A stretch of 59,909 nt of DNA from Acidimicrobiales bacterium (lineage in GTDB: Bacteria > Actinomycetota > Acidimicrobiia > Acidimicrobiales > JACCXE01), in the NCBI GenBank assembly GCA_035536375.1, contig DATLOH010000053.1:1-59909 (forward strand). The letters run 5' to 3'. Both the position numbers and the translations under genes were made by a program. This document shows, one piece after another, positions 1 to 10,007 of the stretch. The notes under the pieces are model-generated. The model was not told the origin of the DNA. It was given only the letters and a program-made list of their open reading frames with translations, and searched no databases. Every line of letters begins with the position of its first letter. Within the stretch, counting starts at the first letter, position 1.

Positions 1-31
1 AGCCGCGCCGCGACATAGCGTTTCGTTACAC

Positions 32-1906
32 ATGGTCGCGAACGATTTCAGAGCGTTGTTGACGCGGCGCCGCGACGGCACGCCGCGGCCGGTGTTCATG
101 GTCCTCCGCCACGCTCCTGCCGCGTCGCCGTGGCTGGCGGCACTCGTCGGCCTGCTGACAGTCGCGTCAGGACTCCTCCCCCACGCTTTCATCCTTGCGA
201 CGGGTTCCGTGGTGAGCGCAGTCGCGCGCGGCGCAGGCGACGGCCTCGATTCGCCTGCCGGGGACGATCTGGTCCGCGGCTTATTCGCAGTTGGGTTGCT
301 TTTCGTCGCCGAGCAGAGCCTCGGACCGTTTCGGGGGGCCGCCGCGGCCGCGCTCGCGCTGCGCTTCCGCGCTCGCATAAGCGAGCGCGTGATGCGCTCG
401 GTGCTCAACCGGCCCGGGATCGCGCACCTTGAGGATCCCGCGACGCTTGATCGCATCGCGCAGGCACAGGGCGTGGGCCCGGGCGGGATGGGGCCGAGCG
501 AAGCGCTCCGTGGTGTTGTGATGCTCGCCGAGCTTCGCTTCGCCGCGATCGTTTCAGCGTTGATCCTCGCCAGTTTCAGGTGGTGGCTCGCCGTCGCGCT
601 CGTCGTCTTCCGTCTCTGGATCCGCAAGACCGTCTGGCGGGAGATGGCGCGCGGCAGCGCAGTGGCGCTCGAGCGGACACAGCAGGCACGATTCTCCACG
701 TACCTGCGTGACCTCACGCTGCGTCCCGAGGCGGCCAAGGAGACGCGCCTCTTCGGCCTCGGTTTCTGGATCATCGATCGGTTCGTCTCGTCCTGGTCAT
801 CCACGCTCGAAGCAGTGTGGAAGGAACGCCGCCGTGGTGACCGCAAGGTGGTGCTCGGTGCGTTGTATGTGTTCGTCGCCGACCTCGCAGCGTTCGCGTT
901 GGTGGCACGGGCGGCGGCCTCAGGGGAGTTGAGCGCCGCGGAGGTGGCGGTGTACGTGCAGACGATCTTGTCGATCGCGACGATCGGCCAGATGCGCGCC
1001 GAGGACCAGCTCATTCAGTACGGGGCGGCCTCGCTGCCGGCAGCGCTCGACCTCGACGGCGCGTTGGCGCATTCGCCGGCCGCGGTTGCCAAGGCGGCGA
1101 GCGTCACACTCCCACGCGACGCGCCGACGCAATCACTGAGCTTCGAAGGTGTTTCGTTCGCGTATCCGGGCTCGACCCGTCCGGTATTGCGCGACCTGGA
1201 TCTCGCAATACCCGCGGGCCGCTCCCTTGCGATCGTCGGCGCCAACGGTGCGGGCAAGACGAGTCTGGTCAAGCTCATCTGCGGCCTGTACGAACCGACC
1301 GCCGGAGTCATCAGCGTGGACGGGCACGATCTATCGACAATCGACCCCGCTGACTGGCGTCGTCACCTGGCCGCCATCTTCCAGGACTTCGCTCGCTACG
1401 AGATGAGCATCCGGACGAACGTCGCGTTCGGCGCATGGAAGCACGGTTCAGACGATGACGCATTGCGGACGGCGGTTGCGAAGGCGGGGGCTGCCGACAT
1501 TGTCGACGGATTGCCACACGGATGGGACACCGTCTTGGCGCGTCAGTACGAGCGCGGCGCCGAGCTCTCGGGTGGACAGTGGCAGCGGGTCGCGATGGCG
1601 CGAGCGCTGTTCGCGGTGCACGGTGGAGCGCGGGTGTTGATCCTCGACGAACCCACTGCCAACCTCGACGTGCGGGCCGAGGTCGAGTTGTTCGACCGGT
1701 TCCTCGAGCTCACCGCCGGTCTCACGACGATTCTGGTGTCTCACCGGTTCTCGACCGTTCGCCGCGCCGACCGCATCGTTGTGCTCGAAGGCGGTCGCGT
1801 TGTCGAGTCCGGCTCGCATGACGAGCTTGTGGCCGCTGCCGGACGGTACGCCACGATGTTCGAGCTCCAAGCGGCGCGATTTCGTGACCCGGCCGGCGCG
1901 CCATGA
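32..1906 (+). CDS. ABC exporter, fused transmembrane/ATP-binding subunit (first of a pair)
   Basis: 624-aa ORF with a hydrophobic N-terminal half. C-terminal NBD has Walker A GANGAGKTS, signature LSGGQWQR and Walker B VLILDEPT. Stop overlaps the next start (ATGA at 1903-1906). Confidence 0.9.
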   Translation: MVANDFRALLTRRRDGTPRPVFMVLRHAPAASPWLAALVGLLTVASGLLPHAFILATGSVVSAVARGAGDGLDSPAGDDLVRGLFAVGLLFVAEQSLGPFRGAAAAALALRFRARISERVMRSVLNRPGIAHLEDPATLDRIAQAQGVGPGGMGPSEALRGVVMLAELRFAAIVSALILASFRWWLAVALVVFRLWIRKTVWREMARGSAVALERTQQARFSTYLRDLTLRPEAAKETRLFGLGFWIIDRFVSSWSSTLEAVWKERRRGDRKVVLGALYVFVADLAAFALVARAAASGELSAAEVAVYVQTILSIATIGQMRAEDQLIQYGAASLPAALDLDGALAHSPAAVAKAASVTLPRDAPTQSLSFEGVSFAYPGSTRPVLRDLDLAIPAGRSLAIVGANGAGKTSLVKLICGLYEPTAGVISVDGHDLSTIDPADWRRHLAAIFQDFARYEMSIRTNVAFGAWKHGSDDDALRTAVAKAGAADIVDGLPHGWDTVLARQYERGAELSGGQWQRVAMARALFAVHGGARVLILDEPTANLDVRAEVELFDRFLELTAGLTTILVSHRFSTVRRADRIVVLEGGRVVESGSHDELVAAAGRYATMFELQAARFRDPAGAP

Positions 1907-3696
1907 AACGCAACGGCGTGGTGTCGTCGCTTCGCGTGATGGTTGGCCTCGCCTTCCAGGCTCATCGCGCCGGGGCGCTCGCACAGATCCTGCTCAGCCT
2001 CCTGAACAGTTTTGGGTTCGTCGTTCAGGCCTACGGGCTAAAGCTGCTCGTCGACGCTGCTGTCGCTGGCAACGCCGGCAAGGCCGTTTGGGGTGCCGTC
2101 GCACTTGCGGGGCTCAGCGCTGTCGGTCGCACGGCGAACAACCTCGGGTTCCGGTATCTGGCGACCTTGCAGGAACGCGCAGACCTGCTCCTCGACGAGC
2201 GAATCATGGGGCTCGCCGCAGGCGTTCCGACCCTCGAGCACTATGAGCATGCCGAGTACGCCAACGAGATCAACCTGCTGCGGCAGGATCGCGCGGCGCT
2301 GTCGCAGGTTTTGCAGGCGCTGGTGGCGTTCCTCGGCGTTGTCTTCCGCGCCGTGTTCACACTTGGGCTCCTTGCCAGTCTTCATCCGGCGCTCCTGTTG
2401 CTCCCGCTGTTCGCCATTCCGTCGCTGTTCACCGCCGCACGCGGAACGCAGCTCGAAGTCGCGACTCAAGAAGCACTCGCCGAACCGTTTCGCCGCCTTC
2501 AACATCTATTCACAATCGGGACGACCGCGGCGCCGGGCAAGGAGCTCCGGGTCTTCGGACTCGAGTCTGAGCTCGTCACCCGGTATCGCAACGACTGGCA
2601 AGCGGTCGTCGCTCGAACATCTCGTACTGAGCTCCGCGTTGCCTTACTCGAGACACTCGGGTGGCTCACATTCGGCATCGGATTCTCCAGTGCCATCGCC
2701 ATCGTCGCACTTCGGGCTCTTTCCGGTTCGGGCACGCCCGGTGACGTCGCCCTGGCCTTCACGTTGGCCGGTCAGGTCAACAACCTGGCCGGGGGAGCGG
2801 CGGGGACCGTTGCCTACGTCGTGCGGATGGCTCGCGTCGCCGGACGGCTGGTGTGGCTGCAGGACTACGCCCGCGATCACGCGACGCGCATCGAGCGGCC
2901 CGCCGAGGTGCCACCCCGCCTCCAATCGGGCCTCGCCATCGAAGCGGTGTCATTCACCTATCCGGGCACTGACCGACCGGTACTCGAGAACATCTCGGTG
3001 TCGTTGCCCGCCGGCGCGGTTGTCGCGGTCGTCGGCGAGAACGGAGCAGGGAAGACCACGCTGGTGAAGCTGTTGTGCAAGCTGTACGAGCCAACGACCG
3101 GACGGATCACTGTCGACGGCGTCGACCTCGCGCGTATCGCGCATGACGAATGGCGCAGGCGTGCCGCCGGGGCGTTCCAGGACTTCGCGCGGTTCGAGTT
3201 CGTCGCCCGCGAAACCGTCGGGGTCGGCAACCTCGAAGACATCGACGATGAAGCCGCCATCGCCGAAGCGCTCGATCGTGCGTCCGCTACAGACGTTGTC
3301 GCTGGCCTCGACATCGGTCTCGCCACGCAGCTCGGCCGGTCCTACACCGAAGGCGCAGAGCTCTCCGGCGGGCAGTGGCAGAAGCTTGCGCTTGGCCGGT
3401 CGATGATGCGCGGCGACCCAGTGCTGCTCGTGCTCGACGAGCCCACTGCTGCGCTCGATGCCGAGGCCGAGCACGCGCTCTTCGAGAGATACGCCAGCGC
3501 AGCTCGACGGGCGGCGTCGACCACTGGCGGCATAACAGTGCTGGTGTCACACCGCTTCTCAACGGTTCGGATGGCCGACTTGATACTTGTGCTCGACAGT
3601 GGGTGTCTTATCGCCTCTGGCTCACACGCCGAGTTAATGCAGAGAGGTGGGCTGTACGCAGAGCTGTATGAGTTGCAGGCGCGGGCGTACCGCTAA
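1903..3696 (+). CDS. ABC exporter, fused transmembrane/ATP-binding subunit (second of a pair)
   Basis: 597-aa ORF with Walker A GENGAGKTT, signature LSGGQWQK and Walker B LLVLDEPT. Translationally coupled to the upstream paralogue, suggesting a heterodimeric exporter. Confidence 0.9.
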   Translation: MKRNGVVSSLRVMVGLAFQAHRAGALAQILLSLLNSFGFVVQAYGLKLLVDAAVAGNAGKAVWGAVALAGLSAVGRTANNLGFRYLATLQERADLLLDERIMGLAAGVPTLEHYEHAEYANEINLLRQDRAALSQVLQALVAFLGVVFRAVFTLGLLASLHPALLLLPLFAIPSLFTAARGTQLEVATQEALAEPFRRLQHLFTIGTTAAPGKELRVFGLESELVTRYRNDWQAVVARTSRTELRVALLETLGWLTFGIGFSSAIAIVALRALSGSGTPGDVALAFTLAGQVNNLAGGAAGTVAYVVRMARVAGRLVWLQDYARDHATRIERPAEVPPRLQSGLAIEAVSFTYPGTDRPVLENISVSLPAGAVVAVVGENGAGKTTLVKLLCKLYEPTTGRITVDGVDLARIAHDEWRRRAAGAFQDFARFEFVARETVGVGNLEDIDDEAAIAEALDRASATDVVAGLDIGLATQLGRSYTEGAELSGGQWQKLALGRSMMRGDPVLLVLDEPTAALDAEAEHALFERYASAARRAASTTGGITVLVSHRFSTVRMADLILVLDSGCLIASGSHAELMQRGGLYAELYELQARAYR

Positions 3697-3734
3697 CAGC
3701 AAAGTCAGTCGGCACAAATTCGCTTGTCCCCGCA

Positions 3735-4490
3735 ATGTTCGCAGAGTGGCATCAGGCGATGGACGGCTTTGACCCTGCCAGCAGCTTCGGGCCCGACGTG
3801 GCCGAGCGGTACGACGACGAGCTTCGTGGCGACGAGGACGACACGGTCGCGTTTCTCTCGCGCCTCGCTGGAGAAGGACCCGCGCTCGAACTAGCGATCG
3901 GCACGGGCCGTATCGCGCTCCCGCTCGCTGCAAATGGCCTACGGGTCGACGGCATCGAGTTGTCGGCCGCGATGGTCGACATACTTCGGACAAAGCCAGG
4001 TGGCGACAAGGTGCACGTCACGATCGGTGACTTTGCAGATGTCCCGATCGAGGGTCAGTACCGGTTGATCTTCGTCGTGTTCAACACATTGTTCAACTTG
4101 CTCACGCAGGACGACCAGGTGCGCTGTTTCCAGAACGTCGCCGCGCACCTCGACAGCGGAGGGCTGTTCGTCATCGAGGCGTTCACGCCGGGATACCTCC
4201 TCCGCCTTCGCGACAACCAGTATGTGGACGCCGAGAGGATCACCGTCGGCGAGGTCCGTCTCGACGTCGGTCGCCACGACGCTGTCGCGCAGACTCTCGA
4301 CGAGAGCCATGTGACGATCACGGCGCAAGGCATTCGGCTCGGTCCCATCGTCACCCGCTACGCATGGCCGAGCGAGCTCGACCTGATGGCTCGCCTCGCC
4401 GGCCTGCGGCTCGCGGGTCGATGGGCCGGGTGGAACAACGAACCCTTCACGTCAGACAGCCGCAGGCACGTGTCGGTGTACGAGCGCTGA
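3735..4490 (+). CDS. class I SAM-dependent methyltransferase
   Basis: 251-aa ORF. Motif I-like LELAIGTGRIALPLA, followed by the acidic loop VDGIELS and a post-I region typical of the Rossmann methyltransferase fold. Confidence 0.8.
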   Translation: MFAEWHQAMDGFDPASSFGPDVAERYDDELRGDEDDTVAFLSRLAGEGPALELAIGTGRIALPLAANGLRVDGIELSAAMVDILRTKPGGDKVHVTIGDFADVPIEGQYRLIFVVFNTLFNLLTQDDQVRCFQNVAAHLDSGGLFVIEAFTPGYLLRLRDNQYVDAERITVGEVRLDVGRHDAVAQTLDESHVTITAQGIRLGPIVTRYAWPSELDLMARLAGLRLAGRWAGWNNEPFTSDSRRHVSVYER

Positions 4491-4532
4491 CCGGACCAGT
4501 CCGGCGCACGAACTCGCATGAAAGGATGAAGC

Positions 4533-4940
4533 ATGCGCGAGCTCACGCCATTTCTGATGTTCTGTGGTCCGCAGCAGGGGAACGCGGAAGAGGCGATGCG
4601 GTTGTACTGCTCGGTCTTCGTCGAGTCGGAAGTCCTCGAGATCGACCTCTACGGCCCGGACGACGGGGATGCGGCTGGGACGGTGCGTTCGGCCACGTTC
4701 AGCCTTGGCGGACAGAAGGTGCGAGCAATCGACGGTGGCAGCGTCCACGCGTTCACGTTTACGCCGGCGTCATCGCTCTGGATTGAGTGCTCGTCGAGCG
4801 ACGAGCTCGACCAGGCTGCCCAGGCTCTTAGCGACGGTGGCGAATTTCTCATGCCGGTCGACAACTACGGCTTCAGCGAGCGGTTCTGCTGGGTGCAGGA
4901 CCGCTTCGGCGTGAGCTGGCAGCTCAACCTTCAGGGGTAA
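4533..4940 (+). CDS. VOC/glyoxalase-fold protein (PhnB / 3-demethylubiquinone methyltransferase-like domain)
   Basis: 135-aa ORF. N-terminus LTPFLMFCG...AEEAMRLYCSVF and C-terminus DRFGVSWQLN are characteristic of the PhnB-like family. AAAGGA lies upstream of the ATG. Confidence 0.7.
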   Translation: MRELTPFLMFCGPQQGNAEEAMRLYCSVFVESEVLEIDLYGPDDGDAAGTVRSATFSLGGQKVRAIDGGSVHAFTFTPASSLWIECSSSDELDQAAQALSDGGEFLMPVDNYGFSERFCWVQDRFGVSWQLNLQG

Positions 4941-4946
4941 CACCGC

Positions 4947-5810
4947 ATGAGCCACGACGAGCCGCAGGTGCCGTGGCCGAAGACGGAAACCAGCAATGCG
5001 CTTCCACGGCGGGTAGGCGCCGTCATTGTCAACTGGAACACGCGAGCGCTATTGGCGCGCACGCTGTTCGGACTCACGCGCGTTCTCGAGACAGGTCCTT
5101 TGCACGAGATCGTCGTCGTCGACAACGCGTCCGACGACGGCTCGGTTGAACTTGCGCACGCGCTTGCCGACGCGGGTGTCATCCGCCTGATTACTAACAG
5201 CGAGCAGCGCTACCACGGACCTGGCCTGACGCAGGGAGTCAACCTCTTGTCGACCTGCGAGGAGCGCGATCTCGTCGACCTCATCTGGGCGCTGGACTCG
5301 GACGTATTTGTGCTGCGCCCGGATGTGCTGCGTGTCGCCACCGCCACCATGACTGAGATGGGCGCGGTCTACGCGGGCGACCCCGAGGGCTACGAACCGG
5401 GCCCACCGCAGCTCACGACGCGCCAGGTGCTCATGCACTCGACGCTGTTCGATCCGCGTGTGGTGTGGCGGCCCCGGTACCGACCGTTCCTCGAGCACGG
5501 TGACCCGTCCGGCCACATGCAATCCGACCTCCGGGCTGAGGAGCACCGCATCCTCGCGTTCCCGTTCTGCTCCGATGGGTATCTCTTGCACCTCGGCCGC
5601 TCGACGCTCGCCGAAGTCGCGGCAAGGGCGGAGGCGTCCAACCGTTACTACGACTGGGCGAGCACCCATTTCGTGCCGCACTACGGACTACACCCGCGCG
5701 GCGCAGAGTTGCTCGCCGAGTTCGAAGAGCGCTACCGCGTCTCGGTGCCGGACGACGGCACGGATACCATCGTCGAAGCGCTCGTCGTGACCGACCCGGC
5801 GTCCTGTTAG
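4947..5810 (+). CDS. glycosyltransferase family 2-like protein
   Basis: 287-aa ORF. VIVNWNT...VVVDNASDDGS is the typical GT2 N-terminal nucleotide-sugar binding region. Confidence 0.7.
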   Translation: MSHDEPQVPWPKTETSNALPRRVGAVIVNWNTRALLARTLFGLTRVLETGPLHEIVVVDNASDDGSVELAHALADAGVIRLITNSEQRYHGPGLTQGVNLLSTCEERDLVDLIWALDSDVFVLRPDVLRVATATMTEMGAVYAGDPEGYEPGPPQLTTRQVLMHSTLFDPRVVWRPRYRPFLEHGDPSGHMQSDLRAEEHRILAFPFCSDGYLLHLGRSTLAEVAARAEASNRYYDWASTHFVPHYGLHPRGAELLAEFEERYRVSVPDDGTDTIVEALVVTDPASC

Positions 5811-6727
5811 TTCGCGGTCTGCTCCAGAATTGCGAGTGTGCGCGCCGCGATGCTCTGTTGATAATCCTCGCGCCCGGTGAAAACCGCGCCGCCAAGATGC
5901 TCGAGGCCAACATGCAACTCGTAGCAGCGAAGGCGGCGATCGAAGTCTGGCTCGTCGAGTCCGATCGTCTCGTAGTGAGTCCTTACCGCGGCGCCGATGT
6001 CGAGGGCGGCGAGTGCGGGGTACCACGGCGAGAAAAACGTGAGTAGAGCGAGCTCGTAGAGCTGGTCACCGACAATTGAGCATCCCCAGTCGAAGACCGC
6101 TTCGATCCTCTCGCCGTCGTGGGTGACGAGCACGTTGCGGTTGAGAAGGTCGCGATGCAGAACGCAGCGTGCTTCGGGCACGCAGTCGAGCAGCGACCGC
6201 ATCTCGCGCTCACCGCGTGCGAACAGATCCGCAAACGCAGACGACTGGATGGACGCGCGCCATCCGTGCATGCGGTTCCCCGGCTGATCGGCTAGCGAGC
6301 CCAGAAGCCAGCCACGCCAAGTCCACTCGTCGCTCGCCTCGCCAGGATCGACCGCGCGCAGAGCGTCGAGAGCGCGACACAGCGCCGGCAAGACACGCTG
6401 CCATCCGGCATGGTCGAGCGTTTCGAGGAACACGCCGAAGTGTCGTTCGGAGATGCAGTAGAACGCGCCGAGTGCTTCGCCGATCTCGAGCACCGCCGGG
6501 ACCGGGAGGTCGGGGCCGGCATAGGAAGTTGCTTGTTCGTCCGACTCGACGTCGTAGCGGTGCTGCCCGAAGCGCGCGACGAGATCGCGTCCATCGAGCC
6601 TGAACGCAAACGCCCGCGACCACGCCCCGGCACCGAGCTCGGCAACACCTTTGACACCCGAGCCATACCGCTCGTTCAGGAATCGGGCTGCCGCGGCGAC
6701 ATCGACCGGGCCTTCGACTGTTTCCAC
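5807..6727 (-). CDS. aminoglycoside/choline-kinase-type phosphotransferase (APH family)
   Basis: 306-aa ORF. Catalytic-loop motif HRDLLNRNVLV and the downstream VFDWG motif. GTG start lies 1 nt after the upstream stop. Confidence 0.75.
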   Translation of the reverse strand: METVEGPVDVAAAARFLNERYGSGVKGVAELGAGAWSRAFAFRLDGRDLVARFGQHRYDVESDEQATSYAGPDLPVPAVLEIGEALGAFYCISERHFGVFLETLDHAGWQRVLPALCRALDALRAVDPGEASDEWTWRGWLLGSLADQPGNRMHGWRASIQSSAFADLFARGEREMRSLLDCVPEARCVLHRDLLNRNVLVTHDGERIEAVFDWGCSIVGDQLYELALLTFFSPWYPALAALDIGAAVRTHYETIGLDEPDFDRRLRCYELHVGLEHLGGAVFTGREDYQQSIAARTLAILEQTAN

Positions 6728-6728
6728 G

Positions 6729-7263
6729 TCAGTCCGTTCTCACCCCGCCGCCGCCCGGCGTCGGTGTGAGCCGGAAGAGCCGGATCTGTCGGGGGCCAGC
6801 GGTGCGTTCGTACACCGAGTAGCCGCGGTTACCAGTCGACGGCGCGATCCCAGGCGCGGCGACGCTCGTCACCATCCAGCTCGTTGGCGTCGTAGTCGCG
6901 AGTCGTTCCGCGGAACGTGACGGTGCAGTGGGAATTCGCGCTGAGGTTGTAGACCCAGCTCGGATGATGCGCCCGCCCGTAGTTCGACCCGATGAGCAGC
7001 AGCGTGTCGTCATTCTCAGGGATGCACACCAGCGGCTGTGGGCGCGGAAGTCCACTCTTCGCCCCCGTGGTGGTGACCATGCCGACGAGGTCCTTGCCCG
7101 CGGAGCTCCACCGCCCTTCGGTTCGCGGGATCACGACGCGGTCGATCACCGGTGCGACGTGGAGCAGATACTGATAACCAACCCGTGACATCGCCGCCCG
7201 CTCCGCGAGATCCTCTAACCGCGTGATCTGCCGTCCCCGTGACTCGCTGTATCTGGGACTCAT
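6729..7263 (-). pseudogene. deazaflavin (F420)-dependent nitroreductase family (DDN/DUF385-like) gene with an apparent 1-nt frameshift near 6829-6834
   Basis: ORF 6829-7263 ends ...RRRAWDRAVDW*. The family-typical C-terminus (NRGYSVYERTAGPRQIRLFRLTP) continues in the adjacent frame to a TGA at 6729-6731. Confidence 0.6.
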
Positions 7264-7336
7264 CAGATCAACGTAGCTACAGGTCCAACACGATGGCGGG
7301 AAGCGGGCATGCTCACACCGGTCTGGAGGAGGCGCC

Positions 7337-8137
7337 GTGACCGATGATCTGCTCGATGTGCCGGGCGTCGACGAGCTCTACGAGCTGATGCCCTCAGAGT
7401 TCGTGGCGGCACGCGATGCGCTCGCGAAACGCGTCCGTAGCGAGGGCGATCGGGATGCCGCCGCAGCGATCAAGAGGCTGACGAAGCCGACCGTCGTCGC
7501 CCACGCGATCAACCAGGTCGCCCGGCGAGACCGCGACGGGATCGACCGCCTGCTCGCGGCGAGCGCCGAAGTGCGCGACGCGCAGGCGAAAGCGGTGCGG
7601 GGTGAGGACGCAGCTGCGCTGCGGAAAGCCTCGCGTGTGCGCCGAGAGATCGTGCAGCGACTCGCCGATGCAGCTGCGACGATCGCCGGGGCGACGAACC
7701 GGGATGAGGCCGCGACCACGTTTGAGGCAGCGAGCCTCGACGACGAAGCGGCCGTCAGCTTGCGAGCCGGTCGTCTTACGCGGACGCTCGCGCCGAGCTC
7801 GGGATTCGGTCTGGAAGGGATGCCCGAACCCACGCCGAGGCTGGCGCGTGATGATGCCTATGAGCCGGCATTGAATACCGCGCACGGCCCGGTACCAGCG
7901 CAACGCGACGACCAAGCGGTTGAGCGCGCCGAGCAGGCGTTGGGGTCTGCGAACGCCGCTCTCGAGAAGGCCGAAGCGGCCCTGGAGCGCGCCGTCGACC
8001 GGCGTCGCGGCGCGCAGGAGCGTCTCGAAGCCGCCGTCGACGCGCACCAGCGGGCCCTCCACGATCGAGACGCAGCTGCGGCAAAGCGGGATCAGGCTGC
8101 GGACGACGTGCGCGTCGCCCGCGGCGACTCAGCGTGA
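7337..8137 (+). CDS. hypothetical Ala/Arg/Asp-rich, probably helical protein
   Basis: 266-aa ORF with a GTG start preceded by GGAGGAGG. No recognisable catalytic motif. 3' end overlaps the convergent kinase gene by 9 nt. Confidence 0.5.
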   Translation: MTDDLLDVPGVDELYELMPSEFVAARDALAKRVRSEGDRDAAAAIKRLTKPTVVAHAINQVARRDRDGIDRLLAASAEVRDAQAKAVRGEDAAALRKASRVRREIVQRLADAAATIAGATNRDEAATTFEAASLDDEAAVSLRAGRLTRTLAPSSGFGLEGMPEPTPRLARDDAYEPALNTAHGPVPAQRDDQAVERAEQALGSANAALEKAEAALERAVDRRRGAQERLEAAVDAHQRALHDRDAAAAKRDQAADDVRVARGDSA

Positions 8138-10003
8138 CGCCGACCCGTTTGACGCTGCGAGCTTGTTCTCTGCGAAGGGTTTAAGCGTGAACGCGAAGGT
8201 CGTTCCTCCGCCGGGCGCGCTCTCGAAGTAGATCGTGCCGCCTTGGGCCTCGACGAACCGTTTCGTCAGCGCCAGCCCGAGGCCTGTCGACGCCTGGCCA
8301 CGCTGCGGGTCGTTCCCCTTTACCCGGTAGAAGGGCTCGAAGATGCGATCGCGCGCCTCCTCGGGAATTCCGATGCCGTGGTCACGCACCCGTACGACGA
8401 CCTCGCCATCTTCCGCCGCCGCCGACAGCTCGACCTTGCCTCCCGGTGGCGTGTACTTCACGGCGTTGTCGACGAGGTTCAAGACGATTTCGCGCAGTCG
8501 CCGCGCATCGGCCGACACCGTCGGCACGTCGCGGGCCACGTTGATCGACACTTTCAGCGCACCCGCCTGTGCCAGCCCTTCGATCGTGCGACGGAGATCC
8601 TTGACGACGTCCTTGAGCCGGACCTCGTCGAGGTCGACGTCGAGACGGCCGGCTTCGGCTTTCGAGAGTTCCAGCAAGTCGTTGATAAGTGAGAGGAGTT
8701 GCTCGCTCGAAGCCAGGATCGTCTTGGCGACCTCCTCCGGCGGCTGGTCGGCGAACTTCGGGTTGAGCATCATCATCGTCTGGCTGCGGATGACCGCCAG
8801 CGGCGTGCGGAGGTCGTGGCTCACGGCCGCAAAGAACTCCGTGCGCTCCTTGAGTAGTCGGTGGACCTCCTCGGTGCGTTGAGCGACGCGCAATTCGAGC
8901 GTCTCGTACAGCGCTTGGAGCTGATCGGCCATCTGGTTGACGCCGCGCGCGACCTCGCCGAGCTCGTCGTTGCTCACGACCGGAGCGCGCGCCGACAGAT
9001 CGCCATGACCGAGCGCGCGGTTGGTGGCGACGAGCGGTCGCAGCTGAGCGAGGATCGACCGCGACAGCAGCGCGCCGATACCGATCACTCCGAGCATCAC
9101 GAGGAGGGTGATCAATCCGAGGCGCTGTGCCGTGCTGCGCACCGATGCGTTGACGGTGTCGGCGGGCACGGTGGCCGCGAGGGTACCGACCCGTTCACCC
9201 TGAACCTCGAGCGGCCCGTACAGAGTGGCGACCTCGAGGTCGCCACTCCTTCCGAGCCGGCGGACCAACCGTCCATCGCCCGGCGCTGCGGGCGCGGTCG
9301 TGTCCGAAGCGAGGCCGGAACGAGCGAGCAACCGACCGTCGGCACCATAGATTGCAGCTCCGGCGCGGCTTCGGTCGCCGAGCCCGCTGTTGCCCGCCGC
9401 TTCGGCTGTGAGGCGGTCGATCGACAGACCGACGATCGCGACTCCACGCGCGCCGTCGTCACACCTCGCTGGATTCGGGCAGATAGGAGCGGCGATCGCG
9501 AGGAGGTGCTGGTCTGCCTCGTTCACGAAACCGGCGCGCCGAGCACCGCCAACGTCGCCAAGGGCGGTTTTGACGAACTCGTGCGTGTTCCAGCGACCGC
9601 CGTGGCGCGCCTCGGTCTGGCTCTTCGAGCTCACCCTCCGGAGCTCTGCGATTGCCACGCCCGCGGCATCGGTTGCGACGAGGAGTGTCACGTCGGTCTT
9701 CAGCGCGAGCACTGACCCGAGGAGTGTTTCGACGGCGCGCCGGTCTCGCCTCGCGATCGCGTCGCCCATTCCCTGGATGTTCGTCGCAAAGTTGGCGGAC
9801 TCGACCAGGTAAAGCTCGCGGTCGTGGGCCATCGACCGCGCCTCAAACGAGCGGCGAGCAAGGTCGCGGTCAAGTGCCTCCTGCGCGCTGACCGAGAGAT
9901 CGCGCACGATGAAGTAGGCCCCAAGCGACCCGAAGATCACGATCAGCGCGAGGAAGGGGAGCAGCAGCTTCCAGAACAGCGGTAGGTCGCGAACCCGACG
10001 CAC
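8129..10003 (-). CDS. sensor histidine kinase (two TM segments, large extracytoplasmic domain, HAMP, HisKA, HATPase_c)
   Basis: 624-aa ORF with H-box FFAAVSHDLRTPL, N-box LVDNAVKYT and G-boxes DHGIGIP / GLGLAL. GTG start lies 4 nt after the upstream stop, with AGGAGA overlapping that stop. Confidence 0.9.
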   Translation of the reverse strand: MRRVRDLPLFWKLLLPFLALIVIFGSLGAYFIVRDLSVSAQEALDRDLARRSFEARSMAHDRELYLVESANFATNIQGMGDAIARRDRRAVETLLGSVLALKTDVTLLVATDAAGVAIAELRRVSSKSQTEARHGGRWNTHEFVKTALGDVGGARRAGFVNEADQHLLAIAAPICPNPARCDDGARGVAIVGLSIDRLTAEAAGNSGLGDRSRAGAAIYGADGRLLARSGLASDTTAPAAPGDGRLVRRLGRSGDLEVATLYGPLEVQGERVGTLAATVPADTVNASVRSTAQRLGLITLLVMLGVIGIGALLSRSILAQLRPLVATNRALGHGDLSARAPVVSNDELGEVARGVNQMADQLQALYETLELRVAQRTEEVHRLLKERTEFFAAVSHDLRTPLAVIRSQTMMMLNPKFADQPPEEVAKTILASSEQLLSLINDLLELSKAEAGRLDVDLDEVRLKDVVKDLRRTIEGLAQAGALKVSINVARDVPTVSADARRLREIVLNLVDNAVKYTPPGGKVELSAAAEDGEVVVRVRDHGIGIPEEARDRIFEPFYRVKGNDPQRGQASTGLGLALTKRFVEAQGGTIYFESAPGGGTTFAFTLKPFAENKLAASNGSASR

Positions 10004-10007
10004 TCTC

